From Alphaproteobacteria bacterium (lineage in GTDB: Bacteria > Pseudomonadota > Alphaproteobacteria > MPNO01): DNA of 64,000 nt. Below the pieces are notes generated by a model. That model was not told where the DNA came from and did no database searches. It saw only the letters and a program-made list of their open reading frames with translations. The stretch spans positions 2,144,001-2,208,000 of the forward strand of contig CBDFLJ010000001.1 in the NCBI GenBank assembly GCA_965248835.1. The letters are read 5' to 3'. The position numbers were made by a program, and so were the translations under genes. Positions 48,402-60,327 of the stretch are shown here, one piece after another. Every line of letters starts with the position of its first letter. Positions within the stretch are counted from its first letter, which is position 1.

Positions 48402-50858
48402 TCAATATAGGTCGCGCCGCGTCTCGGGTGTAGCCTGGATCATCCTGGCCGGATCTTCACCGCCGCGCAGCACCGTGCCCGGCCGGACGGGCTCGGTGCC
48501 GGGCTTGAAGGCCTCCAGGATCACCCCGTCGCCGCCGGCGGGCGCGACCAGCCCGGTCCGGGCATCGACACGGACCAGCCGGATGCCGGGCGGGATGCGG
48601 AACGGTATCGCGGGCCTGCCCTCGAGCGCGCCCTGCATGAAGTCGCGGAAAATCGGCGCGGCAACCGTCGCGCCGGACTCGCGCGGCCCCAGCGACCGCG
48701 GCGTATCGAATCCGACATAGACACCGACCGCGAGATCGGGCGTGAACCCGACGAACCAGCTATCGAAGCTCTGGTTCGTCGTTCCCGTCTTGCCGGCAAC
48801 CGGTTTGCCGACCGCACGGACCCGCCGCCCGGTGCCGCGCTGGACGACGCCTTCGAGCATCGAGACCACCTGGTAGGCGCTGCGCGGATCGGCGACCTGC
48901 TCGCGGGTATCGGGGGGCACCGGCTCGCCCTGCCCGGCCCAGGCGACCTTGCGGCAGCCATCGCAGGCGCGCTCATCGTGGCGGAACACCGTCCGTCCGT
49001 TACGGTCCTGGACCCGGTCCAGGAAGGTCGGCTCGATCCGCTTGCCGCCGTTGACCAGAATGGCATAGGCGGTGGTCAGCCGAAGCAGCGTCGTCTCGCC
49101 TGCGCCCAGCGCCATCGACAGCATGCGTGGAAGATGATCGACCACGCCCAGCCGCTCGGCATATTCGGCGACCGTCTCGATGCCGATCCGCTGGGCGAGC
49201 CGGATGGTCATCAGGTTGCGTGAACGCTCGATGCCGATCCGCATCGGACTCGGCCCATAGAACCGCTTGGAATAGTTGGATGGCTTCCACTTGCCGAGGC
49301 CCGGCCCCTGGTCGATGACGAACGGCGCATCGAGGATCGTGCTGGACGGTGTGAACCCGTTGTCGAGCGCGGCGAGATAGATGAAGGGCTTGAAGGCCGA
49401 GCCCGGCTGGCGCTTTGCCTGGGTGGCGCGGTTGAACTCGCTCGCCGCGTAGCTGAAGCCGCCCGACAGGGCGAGCACGCGCCCGGTATGGGGATCGAGC
49501 GCCACCAGCCCGCCGCCGACATCGGGGATCTGGCGCAGGTCGAAGTCGGAGACTTCCTGCGGTTCGGACCCGACGGCCGCGGCCTGTTCGTCCGTCCTTT
49601 CCGGCGGCGGGGCGCGTTCGACCAGCACGATGTCGCCGCGCGCCAGCACGTCGGCGGCGCTCCTTACCCGCCGGCCGAGCGTCTGGCCCTCCAGCCGCGG
49701 CCGTGCCCATTTGAGCCGGGCCAGCGGGATGCGGCCAAATTCGCCGGTGGCCAGCCGGATGGAGGCCGCATCCGTACCGGCCCCAACGACGACGGCGGGA
49801 ATCCAACGGGCCGGAAGGCCTTCCAGCGCGCCGGGCTCGAGCTGCGGAGCGAGCGGCAGGTCTGCATCGCCCCGGGCAACCGGGCCGCGCCAGCCGTGGC
49901 GGCGGTCGTAGGCGATGATGCCCTCGCGCAGCACCCGGTCGGCGATCGACTGGAGACGCGGATCGAGCGTGGTGCGGACCGACAACCCGCCGCCATAGAG
50001 CTGGGATTCGCCGAATTTCTCCGCCAGCTGGCGGCGGACCTCCTCGACGAAATATTCGGCCTTGGCGATCTTGATCGGCTCGACCTCGCGCAGCACGACC
50101 GGGCCGGAACGCGCCTGGGCCGCTTCGACCTGGGTGATGTATCCGTCCTTGAGCATGCGACCGATGACATAGTCGCGCCGCGCCCGCGCCGCGCCCGGGC
50201 GGCGATGGGGGTTGTAGTTGTTGGGCGCCTTGGGCAGCCCGGCGAGGAAAGCGGTTTCGGCCAGCGTCAGCTCGTCGAGCGGCTTGTTGAAATAGTTGAG
50301 CGCCGCCGCCGCAACGCCGTAGGAACCGAGCCCGAGATAGATCTCGTTGAGGTAGAGTTCCAGGATACGCTGCTTGGTCAGCGCGCGCTCGATCCTGAAG
50401 GCCAGGATGACCTCCTTGATCTTGCGCTTGTACGACAGGACGTTGGACAGCAGGAAGTTCTTGGCGACCTGCTGGGTGATGGTCGATGCGCCGACCGGCC
50501 GGCGGTTGGAGCCGATTCGCATGACGTTCTTGTACGCCGCGCTCAGAATCCCGGGCAGGTCGATCCCGGGATGGTCGAAGAACGTCTTGTCCTCGGCCGA
50601 GATGAAGGCGGTTATCACCCGGCGCGGGATCGCAGCGACCGGCACGAAGACCCGCTTCTCGGTGGCGAACTCGGCGAGCAGCCGGCCGTCGCCGGCGTGG
50701 ACGCGGCTGACCATCGGCGGCTCGTAGTCGGCGAGCTGGGCATAGTCCGGCAGTCCTCTGCCAAAACTGTAGGCCAGCCAGGCAAGGATGCCCACGCCGA
50801 TCACGCAGATTAGCCCCGCTGTCAGCGTGAGACTGCCGAGCGCCCTCAGGATACGCAT
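48402..50858 (-). CDS. mrcA: Penicillin-binding protein 1A
   Basis: SAEDKTFF.H.G, GASTITQQVAKN, RKIKE, PGSAFKP (SxxK), SRN, KTGT. Confidence 0.95.
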   Translation of the reverse strand: MRILRALGSLTLTAGLICVIGVGILAWLAYSFGRGLPDYAQLADYEPPMVSRVHAGDGRLLAEFATEKRVFVPVAAIPRRVITAFISAEDKTFFDHPGIDLPGILSAAYKNVMRIGSNRRPVGASTITQQVAKNFLLSNVLSYKRKIKEVILAFRIERALTKQRILELYLNEIYLGLGSYGVAAAALNYFNKPLDELTLAETAFLAGLPKAPNNYNPHRRPGAARARRDYVIGRMLKDGYITQVEAAQARSGPVVLREVEPIKIAKAEYFVEEVRRQLAEKFGESQLYGGGLSVRTTLDPRLQSIADRVLREGIIAYDRRHGWRGPVARGDADLPLAPQLEPGALEGLPARWIPAVVVGAGTDAASIRLATGEFGRIPLARLKWARPRLEGQTLGRRVRSAADVLARGDIVLVERAPPPERTDEQAAAVGSEPQEVSDFDLRQIPDVGGGLVALDPHTGRVLALSGGFSYAASEFNRATQAKRQPGSAFKPFIYLAALDNGFTPSSTILDAPFVIDQGPGLGKWKPSNYSKRFYGPSPMRIGIERSRNLMTIRLAQRIGIETVAEYAERLGVVDHLPRMLSMALGAGETTLLRLTTAYAILVNGGKRIEPTFLDRVQDRNGRTVFRHDERACDGCRKVAWAGQGEPVPPDTREQVADPRSAYQVVSMLEGVVQRGTGRRVRAVGKPVAGKTGTTNQSFDSWFVGFTPDLAVGVYVGFDTPRSLGPRESGATVAAPIFRDFMQGALEGRPAIPFRIPPGIRLVRVDARTGLVAPAGGDGVILEAFKPGTEPVRPGTVLRGGEDPARMIQATPETRRDLY

Positions 50859-51012
50859 GGCGGCATCGGATTTCCGTGTTTCGCCGATCCGGCCCCCATC
50901 GGCGATCTAGACCGAAGTATGAGCGCAAGGGCTGGGGTCATGCAAGCGGGCTGACCGGTGTGCGATGGCGCGCGATCGACAACCGGGGCCACCGCAACCG
51001 GTTTCCCGTCCC

Positions 51013-53811
<2,799 letters not shown>

Positions 53812-53873
53812 CGATGCTCCTTGAACGGGTTGGTCGGGCGCTCCGGAACCGAACGTGAACCCGCACCGATCCA

Positions 53874-53902
53874 CAGATAAGGTGGCGCCGTGGCCCTGTC
53901 AA
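53874..53902 (-). promoter_or_regulatory. Putative sigma70 promoter of secA
   Basis: Minus strand TTGACA-N17-TATCTG. Confidence 0.55.
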
Positions 53903-54039
53903 CGCGAGCCCGCGGCCGCGCCGGCCAAACAGAATGACCGTGGAACCGAATCGGCTATGATGCGGCTCCGGCGGGCCGCCGGCCCGGCCGGAGCGCGGCC
54001 CACGCTTCCGCGACGCGACACCGCCGAAAAGGACGCTCG

Positions 54040-54939
54040 ATGCTTGATTTTCCATTGTTGCGCGTGGCATTGCGCGCGGCATCGCTCGCGGCCGCGATCC
54101 TGGTCGCCGCCCAGGGACAGGTGCTGGCCCAAGACAGCCCGTCCAGCGCCGGCGCACCCGCCGATCCGGTGGTCGCCAAGGTGGGCGACCGCGAGGTCAG
54201 GCTGTCCGAACTCGTTGCGCTACGGGACACGCTGCCCGAACAAGTCCGCCAAGTGCCGCTGGAGCGGCTGTTCACGGCGCTGCGGCGCCAGATCATCGAT
54301 AGCGTGCTGATCTCCCACGCCGCCGAGGCGTCCGGCATCGACCGCGAGCCGGAAGTGGCCCGCCGGCTTGAAGCCGCCCGGCAGACGACCTTGCGCGGCA
54401 TCTACGTGGCGCAGATCGTCCAGAACGCGATGACCGCGCAGGCGATGCGCGCGACCTACGAACGGCTCAAGACGCGCACCGCCGGCCAGTCGCAGATTCG
54501 GGCAAGCCACATCCTGGTGAACACCGAACGCGAAGCGCTCGCGGTGATTGCCGAACTCGCCCGACCGGGGGCGGATTTCGCCGCCCTCGCACGCGCGCGC
54601 TCGATCGGCCCGTCCGGCGCGAATGGCGGCGACCTCGGGTTCTTCGACCACGGCGCAATGGTCAAGCCCTTCGCCGATGCCGCCTTCGCGCTCGAGCCCG
54701 GACAGTTGAGCCCCAAGCCCGTGCGCTCCCAGTTCGGCTGGCACGTCATCAAGCTGGTCGCGCGCCGGCCGGTGCCGGTGCCGCGTTTCGAAGACGCCGC
54801 GGAGGCGTTGCGCGAGGAGATCGCCGAGCTCGCGATCGCCGGCCTGGTCCGCGAGCTTCGCGGCAAGATCCCGGTGCTGCGCTTCACGATCGACGGAAGG
54901 CTCGAACGCCCCAGCGGGATCCGGCGGGTCCCGCGCTGA
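54040..54939 (+). CDS. Parvulin-type peptidyl-prolyl isomerase (PpiC/PrsA-like)
   Basis: Signal peptide, ASHILV, GGDLGFF, MVKPFADAAF, SQFGWHVIK. Confidence 0.92.
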   Translation: MLDFPLLRVALRAASLAAAILVAAQGQVLAQDSPSSAGAPADPVVAKVGDREVRLSELVALRDTLPEQVRQVPLERLFTALRRQIIDSVLISHAAEASGIDREPEVARRLEAARQTTLRGIYVAQIVQNAMTAQAMRATYERLKTRTAGQSQIRASHILVNTEREALAVIAELARPGADFAALARARSIGPSGANGGDLGFFDHGAMVKPFADAAFALEPGQLSPKPVRSQFGWHVIKLVARRPVPVPRFEDAAEALREEIAELAIAGLVRELRGKIPVLRFTIDGRLERPSGIRRVPR

Positions 54940-55022
54940 GCCCGCTTCGTGCGCGATAGACTCCGCGCGTGCCACGGGGCATAAGCCTCGCGGACGACGA
55001 CGGCCGACCAGGAACGCCGAGA

Positions 55023-56252
55023 ATGGCGAACATTTCACCGCTCGCGCCGGATCGGTTCCCGGCGCTTGCCCCCGTCCCCGGGGTCCGGCTTGCCACGGGC
55101 TCCAGCGGGCTGCGCCATGCCGGCCGCGACGACCTGCTGCTGGTCGCGCTCGATCCGGGGACGACGCTCGCCGGCGTGACGACACGCTCTCGCACTGCGG
55201 CCGCGCCGGTTCGGTGGACCCGCGAGGTCCTGGCCCGGGGCCGCGCCGGCGCCCTGGTGGTCAATGCCGGCAATGCGAACGCGTTCACCGGCCGGTACGG
55301 TACGGCCACGATCGCGCGTACCGTCGAAGGCGCCACTTCGCTGCTCGGCTGCCCGGGCGAGCACGTCGCGGTCGCATCGACCGGGGTGATCGGCGAGCGG
55401 CTCGACGGAGCACGGATCGCCGCCGCCCTGCCCGACCTGTCGCGGCGGCTTTCGCCCGGAGGCTGGAAGGCGGCGGCGGATGCCATCCGGACCACCGACA
55501 CATTCGCCAAGGGTGCCGGCGCGACCGCCGAGATCGGCGGCAAGCGGGTCACCATCAGCGGTATCGCCAAGGGCTCGGGCATGATCGCCCCGGACATGGC
55601 GACGATGCTGGCCTTCGTGTTCACCGACGCGGTGCTGGACGCACCGGTCCTCGACCGGCTGCTGCGCGCGGCGGCAGACGCGTCGTTCAACGCGATCACC
55701 GTCGACGGCGATACATCGACCAGCGACATGGCGCTCCTGTTTGCGACCGGCCGGGCGGGGAATCCGGCGATCGCCGACTGGCGGGACGCCAGGCTGCGGC
55801 CGTTCAGGAAGGCGCTGGGCGAGGTCTGCAAGGCGCTTGCCCATCTCATCGTCCGCGACGGCGAGGGCGCGACCAGGTTCGTCACGATCGCGGTCAGCGG
55901 CGCGGCGTCCGCCCGCGCGGCGCGGCGTATCGGCCTTGCGGTCGCCAACTCGCCCCTGGTCAAGACCGCGATCGCCGGCGGCGACGCCAACTGGGGCCGG
56001 GTGGTGATGGCCGTCGGCAAGGCAGGCGAGCGGATCGACCCGGATGCGCTGGCGATCTCCATGGGCGGGGTGCAGATCACCAGGGGCGGCGCGGTGATCG
56101 CGGGTTACGACGAAGTTCCGGTCACCGCCCACCTCGCCGGCGCCGAGATCTCGATCGGTATCGATGTCGGCGTCGGGCGCGGCCGGGCGGTGGTCTGGAC
56201 CTGCGATCTGACCCACGGCTATATCGACATCAATGCCGACTACCGAAGCTGA
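55023..56252 (+). CDS. argJ: Bifunctional ornithine acetyltransferase/N-acetylglutamate synthase
   Basis: NAGNANA.TG, STGVIG, TTDT..K, KGSGMIAPDMATML, DGEGA, DANWGR, INADYRS. Confidence 0.97.
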   Translation: MANISPLAPDRFPALAPVPGVRLATGSSGLRHAGRDDLLLVALDPGTTLAGVTTRSRTAAAPVRWTREVLARGRAGALVVNAGNANAFTGRYGTATIARTVEGATSLLGCPGEHVAVASTGVIGERLDGARIAAALPDLSRRLSPGGWKAAADAIRTTDTFAKGAGATAEIGGKRVTISGIAKGSGMIAPDMATMLAFVFTDAVLDAPVLDRLLRAAADASFNAITVDGDTSTSDMALLFATGRAGNPAIADWRDARLRPFRKALGEVCKALAHLIVRDGEGATRFVTIAVSGAASARAARRIGLAVANSPLVKTAIAGGDANWGRVVMAVGKAGERIDPDALAISMGGVQITRGGAVIAGYDEVPVTAHLAGAEISIGIDVGVGRGRAVVWTCDLTHGYIDINADYRS

Positions 56253-56652
56253 ACCGCCGATGGTGCTGGTCGCCGCGGCCGCGCTGATCGATCAGGACGG
56301 CCGCGTCCTGATCGCCCGCCGCCCCGAGGGCAAGGCGATGGCCGGGCTGTGGGAATTCCCCGGCGGCAAGGTCGCGGCCGGCGAGACGCCCGAGGCCGCC
56401 CTGATCCGCGAGCTCGCCGAGGAGCTCGGCATCGACGTCACCGAGCGCTGTCTGGCGCCCTTCACCTTCGCCTCCCACGCCTACGAGACCTTCCATCTCC
56501 TGATGCCGCTCTATGTCTGCCGGGTGTGGGAAGGCTCGGTCACCCCGCGGGAGGGCCAGGCGCTGAAATGGGTCCGGCCAATGCGGCTCGGCGACTACGA
56601 GATGCCGCCGGCCGACAGGCCGCTGGTCGCAATGCTGCGGGATCTGCTGTGA
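56233..56652 (+). CDS. mutT: 8-oxo-dGTP diphosphatase (Nudix)
   Basis: GLWEFPGGKV..GETPE.ALIRELAEELG Nudix box; follows argJ. Confidence 0.92.
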   Translation: MPTTEAEPPMVLVAAAALIDQDGRVLIARRPEGKAMAGLWEFPGGKVAAGETPEAALIRELAEELGIDVTERCLAPFTFASHAYETFHLLMPLYVCRVWEGSVTPREGQALKWVRPMRLGDYEMPPADRPLVAMLRDLL

Positions 56653-57899
56653 ACGGCGCCTCGGCGCGCGCCTGGTCGATCGTCGCCATGACGTTCTGTG
56701 CTCTGGGCCTGACCTTCGCCTCGCGCTCTTCGGTCGGCGTGCTGATCCCGACCTGGGAGGCCGAGCTCGGCTGGGCGCGGGCCGTCAGCTCGACCGGCAG
56801 CTCGCTGGTGCTGGTCGTCATGGCGGTCGCCTCGCCCTTGGCCGGCAACCTGATCGACCGGTTCGGTCCGCGCGGCGTGATGGCCGGCGGGCTGGCGATC
56901 GTCAGCGCAGCGATCCTCGCGACCTCGGCAATCTCGCTCGAATGGCAGTTCCTGGTACTGTTCGGGCTCATCGGCGGCATCGGGTACGGCGCGGTCTCGC
57001 TGCCGCTGGTGGTCACGATGATGGCGCAGATCTTCGATCGCCACCGGGGCATGGCGACCGGGATCGCGATCTCGGGCTCGACGGCAGGCCAGCTTCCGGC
57101 GCTTACGCTGCTGGCGCTCCTGATCGGTGCCTGGGGTTGGCGCGGCGCCTATGTGAGCTTCGGCCTGGCGATCCTGGCGATGGTACCGCTGACCTGGGCG
57201 CTGCTCGGAGCCTCGGCGGCGGCACGCAAACGGCGGGCGGCCGTGCCCGAGGGTGCGCAGGTCTCAGCCGACATGCCGCTTGCCGCCAAGATCGGCTTCT
57301 TGATGCGCAACCGGACCTTCGTGCTGTTGCTGACTGCCTTCTGGCTGTGCGGGTTTACCACCGCGGGGGTCTTCGACGTCCACTTCGTGCCCTATGCGGT
57401 GAGCTGCGGCTTTGCGCTGGTCGACGGGACCGCGGCGCACGGTGTCCACGGCGTCGGCAACATGCTGGGCCTGATCCTGTTCGGCTGGCTGACCGACCGG
57501 GTCCATCGCGCCCGGTTGCTGGCGGCGATGTTCGCCGCCCGGGCATTGCTGTTCGTGATGCTGCTCGAGGTCGCCGGCAACATCGAACTCCTGTTCTTCT
57601 TCGCGCTGGCCTTCGGGATCCTCAACTTCTCGACCCTGCCGCCGATCGCCAGCCTTGTCGCAAGCCACATCGGGGTCAGGATCATGGGCTTGACGATGGG
57701 CCTCCTGTTCGGCGGGCATTCGATGGGAGCGGCAATCGGGGCGTTCTTCGGCGGCTACATGTTCGACCTGATGGCGCGCTACGAATGGGTCTGGTTGACC
57801 TCTATCGGGCTGGCGCTCCTGGCCGCCGTCTTCGCCATCCTGATCAGGGAAGAGCCCGACGGAGACCACCCGCGCTGGGGCGTCGCGGTGCCGGCCTGA
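56649..57899 (+). CDS. MFS transporter
   Basis: GNLIDRFGPR motif A, GWLTDRV, about 12 hydrophobic segments; GTGA overlap with mutT. Confidence 0.9.
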   Translation: MNGASARAWSIVAMTFCALGLTFASRSSVGVLIPTWEAELGWARAVSSTGSSLVLVVMAVASPLAGNLIDRFGPRGVMAGGLAIVSAAILATSAISLEWQFLVLFGLIGGIGYGAVSLPLVVTMMAQIFDRHRGMATGIAISGSTAGQLPALTLLALLIGAWGWRGAYVSFGLAILAMVPLTWALLGASAAARKRRAAVPEGAQVSADMPLAAKIGFLMRNRTFVLLLTAFWLCGFTTAGVFDVHFVPYAVSCGFALVDGTAAHGVHGVGNMLGLILFGWLTDRVHRARLLAAMFAARALLFVMLLEVAGNIELLFFFALAFGILNFSTLPPIASLVASHIGVRIMGLTMGLLFGGHSMGAAIGAFFGGYMFDLMARYEWVWLTSIGLALLAAVFAILIREEPDGDHPRWGVAVPA

Positions 57900-57977
57900 A
57901 GCATGCCCGGGACACGCCGGGCCGGCCTTGCGGTTGCCCGCGAAATGGCGGCGCGATAGGTATTCGCACCGCCGATC

Positions 57978-58430
57978 ATGTCCGGGGGACTGCAGATGCC
58001 CGACGCGAAGCCGTTTTTCACCAACATCCATGAGGCGCCGACGCGCCGGATGAAGCTCGGCCGCGGCACCGGCATCAAGCTCATCAACCCCGAGACCGGC
58101 TGCCGCAAAGTCGACGTCCACATCAACATCATCAACGACGACAGCGGCCCCGGGGAGGTTCACTTCCACGAAAACGCCGACAACGTCTACATCGTCCTGG
58201 AGGGCGTTCTGGAAGTCGTCGCCGAGGGCAGGCGACACCTCCTGAAGAAGGACGACGTCGGCTATGTCCCGGCCGGGGTGGTCCACACCGCCGGCAGCGC
58301 GGGCGGGCACGGCCCCACCCGTGTCATCGAGATCTATGCGCCCGGCGGCTATGACTTCCACGAGGTCGAAAGCTTCGAAAACCCGGTGGAGGTCAATTCG
58401 CCGACCGAGAGGCGAGTGCCATGTATCTGA
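57978..58430 (+). CDS. Cupin_2 domain protein
   Basis: HFHENADNVYIVLEG...YVPAGVVH metal-binding motif. Alternative start 57996. Confidence 0.85.
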   Translation: MSGGLQMPDAKPFFTNIHEAPTRRMKLGRGTGIKLINPETGCRKVDVHINIINDDSGPGEVHFHENADNVYIVLEGVLEVVAEGRRHLLKKDDVGYVPAGVVHTAGSAGGHGPTRVIEIYAPGGYDFHEVESFENPVEVNSPTERRVPCI

Positions 58431-59452
58431 GGAACACTTGGTATTGCGCCGCCGTTTCGGCAGAACTCGGCCGCACACCGCTCGGCCGCACTTTCCTGGG
58501 CGAGCCGGTCGCGATGTACCGCACTACTGACGGCACGCCGGTCGCGTTCGAGGACCGCTGCCGCCACCGCCGCGCGCCGCTTTCGAAGGGCCGGGTCGAG
58601 GGCGATCGGCTGCGCTGCGGCTATCACGGCTTCCTCTATGACGCGACGGGGGCGTGCATCTGGGTGCCGGGCCAGGCCGGCGTGCCGCCGGGGGCACGCC
58701 TGCGCACCTATCCGCTGTGCGAACGGCACGGCTTTGTCTGGATCTGGATGGGTGACACGGCGCTCGCCGGCGACGCCACGGTCCCCGACTTCCGCTGGAA
58801 CGATGACCCGGAATGGACGGCGGTCAGGGGCTATCTCCCGGTCGCGTGCGGCTACCTGCTGCTGGTCGACAACCTTCTGGATCTGTCGCATCTCGCATTC
58901 CTGCACATCAAGACGATCGGCAGCACCGAGGACACCGATCCGGAGCTGCGCTGGGACCGCGGGGCAGGCTTCGTGCGCGGCACGCGGGTGGCCCCGAACC
59001 TGTCGCCGTCTTCGCGCATGCGGGGCGAAGGCATCACCTGCAACGTCGACCAGGTCAAGGTGATGACCTACACCCCGCCGGCGAATGTCGTGATCGAAAT
59101 CACGACCACAGAGGCCGGCCTCGAGCCGGGCGCGCTGCCCAGGGTGAACCAGCGCCTGATCATCCTTGACGCCATGACGCCCGAGACCGAGACGAGCTGT
59201 CACTACTTCTGGGGCGGCTGCCGCGACTACGACACCGACGACGATGCGCTGACCGCGTTCCTGCAAGAACGGTTCGTGGAGGCATTCATGGAAGACACGG
59301 ACATGCTTGCTGCTGAGCAGCACATCATCGACCTCGACCCGACCGCGCCGCAGGTCGACGTGATCGGCGACGCGGGCGGGCTGCAGGCGCGCAGACTGCT
59401 CGAAGGGCTAATCGCCGAAGAGGGCAAGGAGCGGATCGCGGCCGCCGAATAG
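58421..59452 (+). CDS. Rieske non-heme iron oxygenase (VanA-like O/N-demethylase family)
   Basis: RNTWY, CRHR...CGYHG Rieske motif, DNLLDLSHLAFLH and ED mononuclear-iron ligands. Confidence 0.92.
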   Translation: MYLRNTWYCAAVSAELGRTPLGRTFLGEPVAMYRTTDGTPVAFEDRCRHRRAPLSKGRVEGDRLRCGYHGFLYDATGACIWVPGQAGVPPGARLRTYPLCERHGFVWIWMGDTALAGDATVPDFRWNDDPEWTAVRGYLPVACGYLLLVDNLLDLSHLAFLHIKTIGSTEDTDPELRWDRGAGFVRGTRVAPNLSPSSRMRGEGITCNVDQVKVMTYTPPANVVIEITTTEAGLEPGALPRVNQRLIILDAMTPETETSCHYFWGGCRDYDTDDDALTAFLQERFVEAFMEDTDMLAAEQHIIDLDPTAPQVDVIGDAGGLQARRLLEGLIAEEGKERIAAAE

Positions 59453-59616
59453 CGCCACGGCATCGTCTGCCGAAAAAGGGCCTCGGGATGCACGCGGACA
59501 GGGCCGACGCGATCCGATTGGAACACGCAAGGCGCCTTGATCGCCGGACCACGCCGGAGACGTGCCCGAAAGGCCCGACAACCCGCCGCGCTGCAGCGCC
59601 TTTCTCGGCGGGCGGG

Positions 59617-60327
59617 TCAATCGGCGAACGGCGCCAGCGCGGCCAGAAATTGCTCGGCGCTTGCCCGCCAGGAGAAGCGTTCCGCATAGGCCCGGCAGAC
59701 ATCGAGTGAAACCGTCAGCGCCGCGGCGACCGCACGCCCGAGATCGTCATCGAGACAACCCACCGCATGTCCGGCGATGACGTCGCGCGGCCCGGGCACC
59801 GGATAGGCGGCGGCCAACGCCTCACCGGTCTTGACGCCGAGAAACCGGGTCTGCGGGTATTGCCTCCGGAGCGAGGCAAGCTGCGGACCCTCACCCACGA
59901 CGTGCTTGGTCCCCGGAGAATCCAGCGCCAGGAAGTCCTCGATGTTCTTCTCCACGGCGACGCGTCCGACATAGAGCTGGATCGGGCGGGCATCGGCGGT
60001 GCCGTTCCTGGGCCGGGGGCGAAAAAGCGCCAGATCGACGCCGCGCGACCAGATTGCGGTTTCCCCGAAGCCGCGCGCGGACAGGTCCGCGGCGAGCGTT
60101 CCGGTCGCGACCATCATTCGGACCGCCGGCCTGTGGAACCGCCGGATGACGGCGTAGCTCCATGCGACCGGCAGCCGGCAGCGGGCATGGACGTATTCGG
60201 GGAACCGCGTGTGAAAGGATGTCGTGAAAGGCAGGCCGCGGGCCAGGCTGTACGAACGCGCGGCCCAGCCCAACGGCCCTTCCGTGGCGATATGGATCGC
60301 TTCAGGGGCGAATGCATCGATCCAGCG
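59617..60327 (-). pseudogene. GT4 glycosyltransferase (Agt-like) remnant, 5'-truncated with an internal deletion
   Basis: AIHIATEGPLG, FTTSFHTRFPEY, WSRGVD, YVGRVAVEKNI are present. The N-terminus is missing and the FPS.TDTFG.V..EA.A.G.PV segment is absent (LAAAY runs directly into PVPGP). Confidence 0.8.

Noticed and set aside
54055-54090. Short imperfect tandem repeat in the PPIase signal peptide
   Set aside because: Too short and degenerate, and explained by Leu-Arg-Ala coding.
59453-59616. Intergenic segment containing GAACACGC (part of the palindrome family) or a possible small RNA
   Set aside because: Only an 8-bp match with no GCTCTA end, and no convincing structure or promoter.
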